64,000 bases of DNA. It comes from Tetramitus jugosus (Eukaryota > Protista > Heterolobosea). Below the pieces are notes generated by a model. That model did not search any database and was not told the DNA's origin. It saw only the letters and a program-made list of their open reading frames with translations. The position numbers and the translations under genes were made by a program. The stretch lies in assembly GCA_937625935.1 (NCBI GenBank), contig OW569384.1, forward strand, positions 310,001-374,000. Reading direction: 5' to 3'. Below are positions 41,622-52,724 of the stretch, piece after piece (position 1 is the stretch's first letter; each line of letters opens with the position of its first letter).

Positions 41622-44102
41622 ATGAACACAACCGTTGTCAGAAAGAGCATTGTGGCTTGTTTCGACTCATTCAAGGATTGTTTGAGTGCTCAAGAGATTG
41701 GATCCATTGTGTTAAACTCCCTGGCCAAACACTCACCATATATCCATCAAGAAACACTGGCTGCTGATCATCATACCAACCATCATAAGCTGGCGTTTGA
41801 TCTAGTCAATGTTCCTCTATCCGATGGTGGTGAAGGATTCTTGCATGCATTCCAACAAACCCATTCTGAGAATGAGTATGAGATGCGATCACATCGTGTA
41901 GGTCATGTGATGGAATCAAGGAGACTCAGAGGTGAAACTGTGGATGCACAATACATGTTATTGAAGAAGAACGAGGGATTGAATGGTGGTGCGAGTGAGG
42001 TAGCAGTCGTGGAGAGTGCCAAGTGTGTTGGTATTGAGTTGGTGCCTGTTGTAGAGAGAAATCCGATGCATACGAGTACGTTTGCGTTGGGAGAGCTGAT
42101 CAAGCATATTGTTTTCGACCAAAAGATTCGTCATTTGCGTGTGGGTCTAGGAGGTAGTGCAACCAGTGATGGTGGACTTGGACTGTTGCAAGCATTAGGC
42201 GTTAAGCTTTGGTGTCTAAACGAGCAAACGAACGAGCGATTTGAACCCGATGTATTTTATGGTCGACATTTGCCAATGTTGGTTGATTTCGATGCAAGTG
42301 AGATGATTGAATCTCTGCCTGATGATATCCGTATGGAGTTGGCCTGTGATGTGACCAATCCCTTTTTAGGTCCTCTCGGAGCTGTTCACGTGTTCTCTAA
42401 ACAAAAGGGAGCCGTTGAGCAGACTATGAGAGATATGTTGGAGAGTGGTATGCACAAATTAAACAGCTTGTACCAAGAAAAATTTGGTATTGATTTGTCT
42501 TTGGTCGCTGGTTCTGGTGCTGCTGGAGGGATCAGTGGAAGTTTGTATGCTGTCCTCAGACAAAAGAATACTGAAGCTGTAGCAATGAGAAAGGGAATTG
42601 AAATCATTGCAGACAGTGCCAACTTGAGGGAAAAAATTGCCAGAGCAGAATTAGTACTAACTGGCGAGGGTTCCTTTGATGGTCAATCGAGTGCAGGAAA
42701 GGTTGTATCACTCGTCCAAGAAATTGCATACGAACACAACGTTCCGTTAGTAATTATATGTGGTCAAAGTCATGTTAATGATTTAGGCAAATTTTCACAT
42801 AACACTAAGGTCCTTCCTCTGGTGCCTGATCAATTCTCTTTTGAAGAATCGATGAAGAACACAAGGAATTGTTTAGACTTACTTGTTCAAAGAAATGTAC
42901 ATCAATTCCGTTTCAAACCTTATCACACTGTGTATAATCTATCCTTCTCTACACCTCGAAGATATCGAATTGATCTCGAAACAAAACCCGAAGAACGGTG
43001 GGCTCCCATTATCAAGGATTATTTGCCTCAACTGCATGTGTTTAAGAATTATCTCATGGATAATATGAGAATCGAGTTTGGAAGTGTGAAACTTGCTTCT
43101 GCTATGCAATCAATTGCTGGATGGGCTAGTAAGAACATCTATACACCATCTGAAATCGTACGGGAATTAAAAGGAATAGCGGCCATAACTCAGCAAGCTT
43201 GTGGCTTGAACTATGACGATTTGCTCACGTTAAATATGGGGTACAATTGGCTTGCCCATTGTACAAGTGCTGTATGCTTGGATCACTCCACGGATCATCC
43301 TCCCTATCACTTCAGAAATATGGATTGGGATCTGGAGCTGAGTAGAGAGCTACGAAATATGACGATTGACGTGGAGTTCTATCAGAACAACAAGCCTCTG
43401 TATATTATGACGACATGGGTCTGCTTTATTGGTGCCACAACAGGTATGAGATATAGTGAGGAAATGTCAACTGACTATCCAAAGGGATACAGCATATCGA
43501 TTAATTATCGTAAGACAGATGAGTCAGCTGGTATTATGAAGAACTTTGTGTCAGGTGTTTGTTCCTATTGGCCAATTGAAATGTTGCTGCGTACTGTTCT
43601 CAGTCAAGAGGACACATTCAGTCGAGCACTATATAAGCTAAGCAAGGAAAATGTAATGGCTCCTTGTTATTTAACAATATGTGGATCTACTAATAATGAA
43701 GGTGTCATTCTCACTCGAGGACGACACCGTGATGAGAAGCGACTTCAAATTCATCCAGAAAGAACGCCATTCATAGTGCAGACGAACATTGATCATTGGA
43801 TGAAAGAAGTAGACAGAGTATGGGCAGGTACAGATATGCTTCTCCACAGTGCCATAGATAGAAAAATTGCCGCAACAAACTACTTAACCAACGGTAGACA
43901 ATCATCCATCGAAAACCATTACGACCAGAGTGAATTTGCTGTCAGAGTCGGTTTTGGTTGTCTGGCCAATTACCCGAACATGAACCCTGAAACAATCTAC
44001 ATGAATGTGATGAGACCTGCCACAGGCTTATACTTGTCACGTGTGGCTCATAACCCAATGGATCAGCAACAATTCGACCAGTTCCAACAAGACCATACGT
44101 GA
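41622..44102 (+). CDS. Glycerate kinase (GlxK/GarK type) - acid ceramidase/NAAA Ntn-hydrolase fusion
   Basis: DSFK, PLSDGGEG, GLGGSATSDGG, CDVTNP, GSGAAGG, TGEGSFDGQS; then IDL..PEERW, ELKGIA, HCTSAV, RNMDW, QTNIDHW in one uninterrupted 826-aa ORF. Confidence 0.88.
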   Translation: MNTTVVRKSIVACFDSFKDCLSAQEIGSIVLNSLAKHSPYIHQETLAADHHTNHHKLAFDLVNVPLSDGGEGFLHAFQQTHSENEYEMRSHRVGHVMESRRLRGETVDAQYMLLKKNEGLNGGASEVAVVESAKCVGIELVPVVERNPMHTSTFALGELIKHIVFDQKIRHLRVGLGGSATSDGGLGLLQALGVKLWCLNEQTNERFEPDVFYGRHLPMLVDFDASEMIESLPDDIRMELACDVTNPFLGPLGAVHVFSKQKGAVEQTMRDMLESGMHKLNSLYQEKFGIDLSLVAGSGAAGGISGSLYAVLRQKNTEAVAMRKGIEIIADSANLREKIARAELVLTGEGSFDGQSSAGKVVSLVQEIAYEHNVPLVIICGQSHVNDLGKFSHNTKVLPLVPDQFSFEESMKNTRNCLDLLVQRNVHQFRFKPYHTVYNLSFSTPRRYRIDLETKPEERWAPIIKDYLPQLHVFKNYLMDNMRIEFGSVKLASAMQSIAGWASKNIYTPSEIVRELKGIAAITQQACGLNYDDLLTLNMGYNWLAHCTSAVCLDHSTDHPPYHFRNMDWDLELSRELRNMTIDVEFYQNNKPLYIMTTWVCFIGATTGMRYSEEMSTDYPKGYSISINYRKTDESAGIMKNFVSGVCSYWPIEMLLRTVLSQEDTFSRALYKLSKENVMAPCYLTICGSTNNEGVILTRGRHRDEKRLQIHPERTPFIVQTNIDHWMKEVDRVWAGTDMLLHSAIDRKIAATNYLTNGRQSSIENHYDQSEFAVRVGFGCLANYPNMNPETIYMNVMRPATGLYLSRVAHNPMDQQQFDQFQQDHT

Positions 44103-44293
44103 AACGTTGCACGATTCCATAAAAGAAAAACAAGCGACGCATCTTTGATAGATGACACATTTTTCTCCGACCACAAACAATTCAGAACTCTGGGAGTGTG
44201 CAGAAAAAAAGCGACCACAAGACACGCCCTACCTAGGCATCTACAACCACAATTAACAACAACAGAACATAGAAAGACAGTTGCCATCACCTT

Positions 44294-45673
44294 ATGGACG
44301 ATTTTATAGAAAGCTTAATTCCCCACTCCGACACATTTTTCCACTTTGCCAATTCTCTGACAGCCGCCGCCAGCAACACTACGGCTCCGATTATAACACC
44401 CGCACAACAAAATGTACTCCGCATCACAAAGATTGTGATTGGCTCACTGAGCTTTGGCACCACATTTCTCTATGTTCTCTATGTACTGATACGCACGTTA
44501 TACACCTTTCCATTCAGACTATTATTCCAATGTATCACTAAAAAACAAACTTCTCATCGGTCACGATCATCGTCCACATCCTCATCCAGACGAAAGAGCT
44601 CCAAAAAACGACATCGAAACGTCAATGGCAATCTCAGTAGCAAGTTAACGAGCAACGACAGAACTGAACCATTCTTACTCATCAATGAATCGCATGAAGC
44701 TACCATTTCACATAACGATGTTGGTGATGAATATGATGACAAGAGTATTCAGAATACTCTGACGACGACTCGTGACGACATTACCACTTTTCGTCGTGCA
44801 GTCACATGGAAACAAGTGCGCAATGCCATCACTTCTGATTGCTACTTCTTCGCTAGGCCTTTAGCTCGCATCTTCTTTTGGCTACAGTTTTGTGAGTGTA
44901 TTGCAGTGACTTACACGTTGTTTGAAGTGGCTGGATGGATGAGCACTGCCATTTGTCACTATCAATTCTTTGTGATTCAGTTCTTTGGATTAGCAAAGTA
45001 TGGATGGGGATTGATGATTGCTGTTTGGATGTTTTGGATCCTGGCATTGCGCAAAGGAAATCAGCATCTGTTGAAACTGGAAGTGCTTTCGCATGTGATT
45101 GTCTGGATCAATGCCATCATATTTACAGTGATTCCGATTGCAACGCGGTCCATTGGAAACTCTGGTAGTTATTGTTGGATATTGGGCACTGGATATCATA
45201 ATTATATTCGATTCACGCATTACATTCCATTGTGGACAATGATTGCCATTATTTGTTGCATCTATGTCATGACGTTCACTGCGGTTTTCAAGTCTCAATG
45301 GCTATCGTTTCGATCATCGAATCGAAGCAAACAAATGCTTCACTTTTCTACTAGTGCCAAGCTCTATATTAAGTTATTGGGATTCCCGTTGGTGTTTGTG
45401 ATTGTATGGATCGTGCCTACTTTCCGGCGTTTTGTCGAGATGGTTTGGACTTGGAAAAAAGTTTCCAAGCAAATGCCGTTCTCCGTGCTATATGTTCATG
45501 CAATCACTAGTCCTGCGAATGGATTTTGGTATTCTGTCGTGTTTGTAGCGAGTGAACTCGTTGGTGTTTGTTGTACTTGCATGAGAAAGAGAACAGAAAA
45601 GTTGAAGACTGTGCAATTACAAGACGACGAAACAGAATTAGATAGCGAGTACATGTCATTCGAAGAAGAATAA
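44294..45673 (+). CDS. 7TM GPCR, cAMP-receptor-like (Dictyostelium CAR / GCR1 type)
   Basis: Multiple hydrophobic helices; C..Q.F.IQFF, G.YCWI, Y.PLW, FPLVFVIVW, NGFW.S.VF. Confidence 0.78.
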   Translation: MDDFIESLIPHSDTFFHFANSLTAAASNTTAPIITPAQQNVLRITKIVIGSLSFGTTFLYVLYVLIRTLYTFPFRLLFQCITKKQTSHRSRSSSTSSSRRKSSKKRHRNVNGNLSSKLTSNDRTEPFLLINESHEATISHNDVGDEYDDKSIQNTLTTTRDDITTFRRAVTWKQVRNAITSDCYFFARPLARIFFWLQFCECIAVTYTLFEVAGWMSTAICHYQFFVIQFFGLAKYGWGLMIAVWMFWILALRKGNQHLLKLEVLSHVIVWINAIIFTVIPIATRSIGNSGSYCWILGTGYHNYIRFTHYIPLWTMIAIICCIYVMTFTAVFKSQWLSFRSSNRSKQMLHFSTSAKLYIKLLGFPLVFVIVWIVPTFRRFVEMVWTWKKVSKQMPFSVLYVHAITSPANGFWYSVVFVASELVGVCCTCMRKRTEKLKTVQLQDDETELDSEYMSFEEE

Positions 45674-46027
45674 ACGGTGTTGTACTTCACAATGTAGAGA
45701 CCTGGCGTAACTTAGATTTCAAGTAAATATGTCCTGTAGTGAGATTACTCCGTCGATCAGCTACAATTTCTCCTGTTCAATCAAAATGGTTCAATCTGAT
45801 TATGGACATTCCTTCGTCTGCTTCTGTGTAAATTGAATGACTCTTTCCCACCAATGTTAGGTGTTGGAATTGCTTCAATCCCTACTTCAGAACGGAACAA
45901 CAATTCATCTCGTAAACGTCCATCCCAGTCATTGAGCAAGGATTCTCCAAGAACCAAACAAAAAAAGCGATTGATCAACAAAAAAAACGAAACGAAAACA
46001 TCCATTATTAGCAACAGCGACATCATC

Positions 46028-47359
46028 ATGAGCAAGTCCATTTCTTCCTATGACGACAAGTATGCCTACCAACCAGGCTACTTGAACCATTGTTCCACAG
46101 AAGCACTGCCCAACGCGATTCCAAAGGCTCAAAACGCACCTCAACAGTGTCCTTATGGTCTCTATGCAGAACAACTCTCTGGAAGTCCATTCACTGCCCC
46201 TCGAACAAAGAACTTGAAGAGTTGGCTCTACCGCATTAGACCTTCCGTCACCCACGGCGTTTTCCGCGAGTACAAATCTCCTACAGTGTCGGAGCAATGT
46301 CTTGACGCGGATTTCTCCCGCAATGCCACCCCCAAGCAATTCCGGTGGATGCCCCCTACCATACCGGATACACCAACGGATTTTGTCGACGGTTTGTATA
46401 CGATGGTGGGTGCAGGTAGTCCTCAGCTAAGAAGCGGTTTTGCTGTGCACATGTACATGTGTAATAGCAGCATGGTTGATAGAGCTTTCACAAGTGCTGA
46501 TGGAGATATGCTCATTGTGCCTCAACAAGGTGACTTGGATGTGCAAACAGAGCTAGGTTGGTTGTATGTGAAGCCAAAGGAAATTTTGGTGATTCCAAAG
46601 GGCATTCGCTTCTCAATCAACGTCTCTGGACCCTCTAGAGGATACATTGCAGAAGTGTTTGAAGGTCATTTTGTGATCCCTGATTTGGGTCCTATTGGTG
46701 CCAACGGTCTCGCCAATCCACGTGATTTCTTGACTCCGGTAGCTGCCTATGAAGATGTTGACAAACCGTTCCAATTGATTCACAAGTATCAAGGCAAGTT
46801 GTTTGTTGCTGATATGGACCACTCGTTGTTTGATGTGGTCGGATGGCACGGTAACTATGCACCAGCCAAGTACGATCTCACCATGTTCAACACGATTAAC
46901 ACTGTGAGCTACGATCATATTGATCCATGCATTTTCACAGTGTTGACCTGTCAATCGGCTGAGCCGGGAACTGCAGTGTTGGACTTTGTGATTTTCCCAC
47001 CAAGATGGAGCGTTGCTGAGCACACGTTCAAACCACCATACTATCACAGAAATTTGATGAATGAGTACATGGGTCTCATTGAAGGTGTCTACGAAGCCAA
47101 GGAAGAAGGTTTCGTTCCAGGAGGTTCCTCACTGCACAACTGCATGTCTGCTCATGGACCAGAGATGGCTGTGTTCGAAAAGGCATCCACCTGTGAGTTG
47201 AAACCAGAAAGAGTTGCTGAAGGATCATTGGCTTTCATGTTCGAGTCTGTGTACATGATGAATCCAACAGAATGGGCACTCAACAATGTCAAGATGGACC
47301 AAAACTATCAAAAATGTTGGACTGGAATTAAGAAGCACTTCAATCCAAACAAATTGTAA
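46028..47359 (+). CDS. HGD: Homogentisate 1,2-dioxygenase
   Basis: GLYAEQLSGSPFT, SWLYRIRPS, GPIGANGLANPRDF, PPYYHRNLMNEYMGLI, HNCMSAHGP, AFMFES. Confidence 0.97.
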   Translation: MSKSISSYDDKYAYQPGYLNHCSTEALPNAIPKAQNAPQQCPYGLYAEQLSGSPFTAPRTKNLKSWLYRIRPSVTHGVFREYKSPTVSEQCLDADFSRNATPKQFRWMPPTIPDTPTDFVDGLYTMVGAGSPQLRSGFAVHMYMCNSSMVDRAFTSADGDMLIVPQQGDLDVQTELGWLYVKPKEILVIPKGIRFSINVSGPSRGYIAEVFEGHFVIPDLGPIGANGLANPRDFLTPVAAYEDVDKPFQLIHKYQGKLFVADMDHSLFDVVGWHGNYAPAKYDLTMFNTINTVSYDHIDPCIFTVLTCQSAEPGTAVLDFVIFPPRWSVAEHTFKPPYYHRNLMNEYMGLIEGVYEAKEEGFVPGGSSLHNCMSAHGPEMAVFEKASTCELKPERVAEGSLAFMFESVYMMNPTEWALNNVKMDQNYQKCWTGIKKHFNPNKL

Positions 47360-47484
47360 CAAACCAGGACTCCTCGATGTGTCGACCAATATCGAAGAAG
47401 TAAATGTCATATTTTTGAAAGTAACTATCGAACTTATTGTCTAAACTCATCGTGCATCATTTATTGACCATCGATCTCGATAAC

Positions 47485-49074
47485 TTAGAATAAATATCTT
47501 GTGGAGACATAAGCTCGAATATTATAGGCATGCTTAATTATCTTCTCCAAGTCCATGTTCTCAGCAGGCAAAAATCGCAAGAACAACCGGATCTCACTGT
47601 AGTCCAACTCCATCAATTCTTCCTGGAAATGTTGCAATATCGCTAAACATACATAGTAATGCAAATCGAAATCATCTGTCGCAAAGTATTGATCATAGAG
47701 TCGACAAACAAAATTCATTGGCAGTTCACGCGATAGCATGTACCGTATCCATGGATTTGCCCAATCATTTGGCTCAACTTCCTCTTGCTCAAAATAACGA
47801 TACAGATCGATTTGAGTCGATCGAAACAGTGTCATCAATTTACCAACAGATTGATTGAGTTCCAGACCAATTGGAAATCTCGGTAAAATCTTGTTCATGA
47901 ACGCTTCGAAACAATAGTAAATGTCATGCTCTACTCCATTCAATGCGTAAACAAATGGACATAATAAATCAATTAATCCAATATCAAAATTCTGTTGCAA
48001 GCTCTGGAGACATTGTATCTTTTGTTCGGTTTGCTCACTACCATGATTACTAGTGTGGCTTGTCGTGTTTTGCAACAAAAACACCAACAAAACATGCTCC
48101 ATCTGAATCAGAATACTCTTTTTGCGTTCTTCATCATCTTCATAATTCTGACCAAAATCATCTCCCATTAGTGTTCCACCACCACCACTCGCACTGTTCT
48201 CTCTAATGTTAATATTGACACTTCCTCCACTGATATTCGACTCCATCATATCACTCACATGTTTTCCCATGTTATTGTTATTATTATTACTACTGTTATC
48301 AATCATTTTTCCACTTGATTGACCTCCAGCACCACTACCATTACTACCATTACCACTACTACTACTACTACTGCCACCACTACTACTGTTACTATTACTC
48401 TTTGATGAATTCAATGAAACTCTCAATCTTTTCATCAAAAAATGTTTTTCATGATTCAAGCATGACTTAATCTTCATAAACAATTGCTTGTAATGAGGTA
48501 AACTCGTTGCATCATCACTCATCATCACCATCATCACAGTAGAGTTGCATCGATTGACATAACTCATTTTCAACTGCTTCAATCGAGTGACTTCTTGTGT
48601 CTTGTCAGAACTTGTTACACCCAATAGATATCTCCAGACTTGACCTCTCAGGGCATCAGGTATGCCGTGACGAGAGAGATCTTTGAGTCGATCCATGTCT
48701 ACATGAGTCTCTGCATCAATCAACTCTGTTAGCTCTCGTTCGACATCATTGTCTTCTATTGTTTTTCTATATTGTTGTTGTTGTTGTTGGTGTTGTTGCT
48801 GGTGGTGGTAGTGTGAAGAAGTGTGATGATGATGATGGTGTTGGAGGTGTGAAGGACTAATGTTGGTGGTCGTAGCTGTAGTGGACTTATTGGCGCCAAA
48901 AGTAATTGATTTTCCGGTAGGAGTATTGGAGGAGTAAGGATTGGCGGAGCGGCGAATTATGACCGGTTGGAGGAGAGAGGAGATGGTGGCGTTGTTGTGG
49001 TTGGTGGTGGTTGTTGTTGATATTCTGGGTGTGGTCGCCGCGCTCGTACGACCTCCAATCACTGAATGATCCAT
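47485..49074 (-). CDS. TBC-domain Rab GAP-like protein
   Basis: HGIPDALRGQVWRYLLG, WANPWIRYMLSREL, RLYDQYF, YVCLAIL. Confidence 0.82.
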   Translation of the reverse strand: MDHSVIGGRTSAATTPRISTTTTTNHNNATISSLLQPVIIRRSANPYSSNTPTGKSITFGANKSTTATTTNISPSHLQHHHHHHTSSHYHHQQQHQQQQQQYRKTIEDNDVERELTELIDAETHVDMDRLKDLSRHGIPDALRGQVWRYLLGVTSSDKTQEVTRLKQLKMSYVNRCNSTVMMVMMSDDATSLPHYKQLFMKIKSCLNHEKHFLMKRLRVSLNSSKSNSNSSSGGSSSSSSGNGSNGSGAGGQSSGKMIDNSSNNNNNNMGKHVSDMMESNISGGSVNINIRENSASGGGGTLMGDDFGQNYEDDEERKKSILIQMEHVLLVFLLQNTTSHTSNHGSEQTEQKIQCLQSLQQNFDIGLIDLLCPFVYALNGVEHDIYYCFEAFMNKILPRFPIGLELNQSVGKLMTLFRSTQIDLYRYFEQEEVEPNDWANPWIRYMLSRELPMNFVCRLYDQYFATDDFDLHYYVCLAILQHFQEELMELDYSEIRLFLRFLPAENMDLEKIIKHAYNIRAYVSTRYLF

Positions 49075-49208
49075 TTTTGTTGTTATTTCTTTTTTTTATG
49101 TGAGTTTTGTTTTCTGAACTTTTTGTTTCCCCTCTTTGAATCAAATTCATGGACATTGAGATGGCTATTGGATGATTTTTATTGTTAACAATGTGGGTCG
49201 CTGAGACC

Positions 49209-51224
49209 TTATGATTTTGTGAGCTTGATCTGTATTTCCTTCATCTTTTGCTCCAGCATGTCACTCTCTTCGTCAATGCATTGGAGAGATCTGAGATGGA
49301 CGTCGAGAATCCGAACAATCTTCTCCATTGCAGTGTTCATTCCTTCGCTCTTTAACGTGTTTTCGTACTTTTGATTCAATAGGTTGAGTGTGTTATTCAA
49401 TTGCTCGCTCATTGAATCGAGTTCATGATTGATGCTTTGAGCCATATTGTAGGTTTGTTGACGATACATGTCACTGTCAGATCTCTTCTGGTCAGTGAAT
49501 TTGCTAGCTCTCGATTCTAAAGTATTGAGTATAGTGTCCAAGGATTCTTGTTGAGATTTAATGGCCTCAATCTGGTTCTTCAAATCCTTTTGTGAGGAGT
49601 TGACACGGCCAGATTGCTCGCACAAAGCTGACAACATCTTCTCACTATCGAGAATTTCTTTGTCCCATTGATAGACTTGAGCAGCAAATTCATGGAAGTC
49701 TTCCACATCTTGCTTCAACTCGGTGTTCCAATTATCAATGATCGAATTCACGGACAAGTGACTGAGACTGGTTCTAGGAGGTTCGTTCTTGATTGTAGAG
49801 GCAGTAGTCTTTGTTGGTTGGGTTGTTGTGGTTGAGAATCCTAGTGGCGCAGAAGTAGTAGTAGTGGATTCTGTGGATGGTTTGGTTGTGTCGGCAGTCT
49901 TGTCACCAAAGCCAAATGAAGAAGCAGTGGTGCTTGTTTGCTCCGATGAAGGCTTGTCTGCTCCAAAGCTGAATGATCCACCGGACGATCCTCCTGTAGT
50001 TGTTGTTGAGGCTGGTGCAGTTGTACTGAGCTTGTCTCCAAAGCCAAAACCTGTTGTTGAACTGGTTGATACTGGTGGCTTATCAGTACTATCGGATCCG
50101 AAGCTGAATGATCCACCAGAAGAACCTGTAGTTGTTGTTGATGGTGCAGTTGTACTAGGCTTATCTCCAAAGCTAAAACCAGTAGAGCTGGCTGCAGGCT
50201 TATCTGTTGTTGTTGCACCACTGCCAAACAGAGTAGTTGTTGCAGAGTCAGAAGTAGATGATGGTTGTCCAAAGCTAAATGACCCACCTGATGTTGTTGC
50301 TGTGGTAGATGCAGGTGGCACAGTCGTTGTCTTTACGCCAAAGTCTCCAAAATTCAGAGCAGTAGGTGTGGCCTTTGGAGCTGGTTCTCCAGATGTTGGT
50401 TTATCACTTGCTCCTCCAAAGCTAAAACTACCACCACTGGTTGCTCCGGTTGTAGTACTTGTAGTTGTGGCGGCAGGCTTATTACCAAAGTCAAATGATG
50501 ATGATCCGAATGATGCCGTGGATGATGGTGCTGTAGTTGATGTAGTGTCTTTGACGCCGCCAAGAGGTCCCAAGCTAAATGATCCACCACTAGTTGTTGT
50601 AGAAGTAGGTGGTGCATTGAAAGAGAATCCACTGCCTGCTGTAGAAGTAGGTGCAGTAGTTGATGGAGCTGATGTTGTAGTAGTTGTTGGTGCTCCACTG
50701 CCAAACAAGGTATCAGTGGCTGATGATGATGGACCTAAACCAGATGATCCAAAGGAGAAACCAGTAGATGTTGCAGGTGCAGGTGCACTGGTTGATGATG
50801 TTGTTGATGCCGCTGAAGGTTGTCCAAAAGCGAATCCACCACTACTACCACCACTACTGCCTCCAAAAGTAAAAGTACTGTCTGTTGGACCTCCTAAAAA
50901 TGATGAAGTTGCTGGTTTGGTTTTTTTTGTGCTCGATTCGTCTAGAGCAGAACTTGTTCGTTTTGCGGATGGTGCTGCGAAAGCTCCCGTGTCTCCCATT
51001 GCAAATCCACCGAATGAAGAAGGTGCGGTTGATGATGTTGTTGATGATGGTGGTGCTGTACCAAAAGAAAAACTCGTTCCTGCTGTTCCACTGGCTCCTG
51101 TTGGAGCTCCAGTTGTTGTTGAGGTTGTAGATGTGGGCTGACCAAAAGAAAAGCTTGGTGGTGCTGTGGATGAACCAGTGGTATTAGTGGAGAAACCACT
51201 ACCTCCAAAGTTGAAACCTGACAT
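49209..51224 (-). CDS. NUP62: FG-nucleoporin Nup62/Nsp1
   Basis: Repeated GGSFSFG/FSFG units; C-terminal coiled coil IIDNWNTEL..QVYQWDKEI..IVRILDVHLRSLQCID. Confidence 0.92.
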   Translation of the reverse strand: MSGFNFGGSGFSTNTTGSSTAPPSFSFGQPTSTTSTTTGAPTGASGTAGTSFSFGTAPPSSTTSSTAPSSFGGFAMGDTGAFAAPSAKRTSSALDESSTKKTKPATSSFLGGPTDSTFTFGGSSGGSSGGFAFGQPSAASTTSSTSAPAPATSTGFSFGSSGLGPSSSATDTLFGSGAPTTTTTSAPSTTAPTSTAGSGFSFNAPPTSTTTSGGSFSLGPLGGVKDTTSTTAPSSTASFGSSSFDFGNKPAATTTSTTTGATSGGSFSFGGASDKPTSGEPAPKATPTALNFGDFGVKTTTVPPASTTATTSGGSFSFGQPSSTSDSATTTLFGSGATTTDKPAASSTGFSFGDKPSTTAPSTTTTGSSGGSFSFGSDSTDKPPVSTSSTTGFGFGDKLSTTAPASTTTTGGSSGGSFSFGADKPSSEQTSTTASSFGFGDKTADTTKPSTESTTTTSAPLGFSTTTTQPTKTTASTIKNEPPRTSLSHLSVNSIIDNWNTELKQDVEDFHEFAAQVYQWDKEILDSEKMLSALCEQSGRVNSSQKDLKNQIEAIKSQQESLDTILNTLESRASKFTDQKRSDSDMYRQQTYNMAQSINHELDSMSEQLNNTLNLLNQKYENTLKSEGMNTAMEKIVRILDVHLRSLQCIDEESDMLEQKMKEIQIKLTKS

Positions 51225-51435
51225 GATTTATTGATTATGATCAGTAAGCTTTCAATGATGAGAGTTATCGTATTTTTGGACAGGTGAATTTTTTTGCGTG
51301 TGCAAAAGAGCGCCAATTCAATTTGTCTTCGTTTTTGTTGTAAGTTCATTGAGTTGGATGAAGCGCCGCAATCGAAAAAGCATTTTCACCCGACAACAAA
51401 AACAAATTTCAATCAACACAATCATATCGAGAGCC

Positions 51436-52686
51436 ATGCACTGCATTATTAGTCGAAACCGAAAGCAATTGACTCACCATCTCCTGAAACATCAGCCACA
51501 ACTCTTCCGTACTCCTTCTCTCCGTCACTCCTCCACCAATACTCCGATTGAACCATCGGAAGAATACAAAAAGAGTTTACAGGAATGTCAAACGAGGAAT
51601 CACCGCGCCATTAACATGATTCACCGACACGTACAATGTCAATTGAGTTCATTTGTGGTAGCTGACACCTCTGCACCCAACATTAAGAGCACCAACGTTC
51701 CTTATGCTCTCTTCCCTAAGCAAAAGAAGGAATTGTACTTTGATCCGTCTCAACAAGAACTCGCCACAGAAAAACCAACAACAACGGCCATTCCCAGCAA
51801 GCACAAACCAAGCTCCAAATCCAAAAAAGCTTCAGCTCCTTCTTCGACTGCTAATTCTTCTGCTTCTTCTGCTTCTTCTGCCGAATCAGAGCAAAATGGC
51901 AACACTGCACAAATCAACCATCAAAAAGTAGTGTACACAGAGTTGGATCACTATGAAATGGTGTTTTGTGTGAAAAAGGACTCACAGCACGTGGAGAATT
52001 TGGCACATGTGGACAATGTGTTTCAAACAGGAAACTCAGAGTTGGTCCAGTTGGACAGCAATGGTGTACTGATTGATAATAAGCCTGATTTTTATTCGAC
52101 CATGGTGAGTATGACGTTTGGTTTGGCTGATCCAAAATTGACTTCACTGTTTCGTAATATTGAGTTGCTTCCACCGAGAACAGTCTTGTGTGGGGATGTG
52201 CAGTATGTGCCCGATGGTTCCAAAGCGTTTTCTTCGCTGTGGAAAGAGTACTTTAGACCTCATCCGAATGTGGCGTACGAACTGAGAATGGATCAAGTGA
52301 AAATGTATCGTTTGAGCAATGTGAGATCTGTTCACTTTATGGATTTGTCAATGAAAATGTTGCCTATTGAATCTTTGCCATCGTTTGTTCAAATGAAGGC
52401 AGATGGATTGCCAGGCGCTAGACACATGATCCACAAGTTGAACTCTCAACCAGCACTGTTGAACAAGGTGACCTCGAAAATCTACAATTTACAGATTGGC
52501 AGTGCATTTGTATTCGATATTGATCAGTGCGGAATCAGAGTATTGGGAAGACCAATGATCAAGGACGAGAATCAACAAACAGTTGAATCAGAGCAATGGA
52601 ACGAGTATTATCTCGATTTTGGCTACATCGTTGACAACGAACCAAAATTGACCAACTTTTTCATGCAAGTTCAATCAGTCATATAA
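51436..52686 (+). CDS. Probable mitochondrial PNPOx/HugZ-like split-barrel protein
   Basis: Basic, Ser-rich presequence-like N-terminus; RTVLCGDV, YFRPHP, MIHKLN, DIDQCGIRV pattern. Confidence 0.5.
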   Translation: MHCIISRNRKQLTHHLLKHQPQLFRTPSLRHSSTNTPIEPSEEYKKSLQECQTRNHRAINMIHRHVQCQLSSFVVADTSAPNIKSTNVPYALFPKQKKELYFDPSQQELATEKPTTTAIPSKHKPSSKSKKASAPSSTANSSASSASSAESEQNGNTAQINHQKVVYTELDHYEMVFCVKKDSQHVENLAHVDNVFQTGNSELVQLDSNGVLIDNKPDFYSTMVSMTFGLADPKLTSLFRNIELLPPRTVLCGDVQYVPDGSKAFSSLWKEYFRPHPNVAYELRMDQVKMYRLSNVRSVHFMDLSMKMLPIESLPSFVQMKADGLPGARHMIHKLNSQPALLNKVTSKIYNLQIGSAFVFDIDQCGIRVLGRPMIKDENQQTVESEQWNEYYLDFGYIVDNEPKLTNFFMQVQSVI

Positions 52687-52724
52687 ATTCGAAGGGTAAT
52701 AATTTAAGTTGTTTATGAAATGTT

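Noticed and set aside
49960-50600. Semi-regular repeats (aagctgaatgatccacc) resembling a CRISPR-like array
   Set aside because: They encode GGSFSFG nucleoporin units in frame; eukaryotic context, no cas genes
49789-51141. 450-aa Val/Pro-rich ORF on the + strand
   Set aside because: Antisense shadow of the Thr/Ser/Gly FG repeats of Nup62
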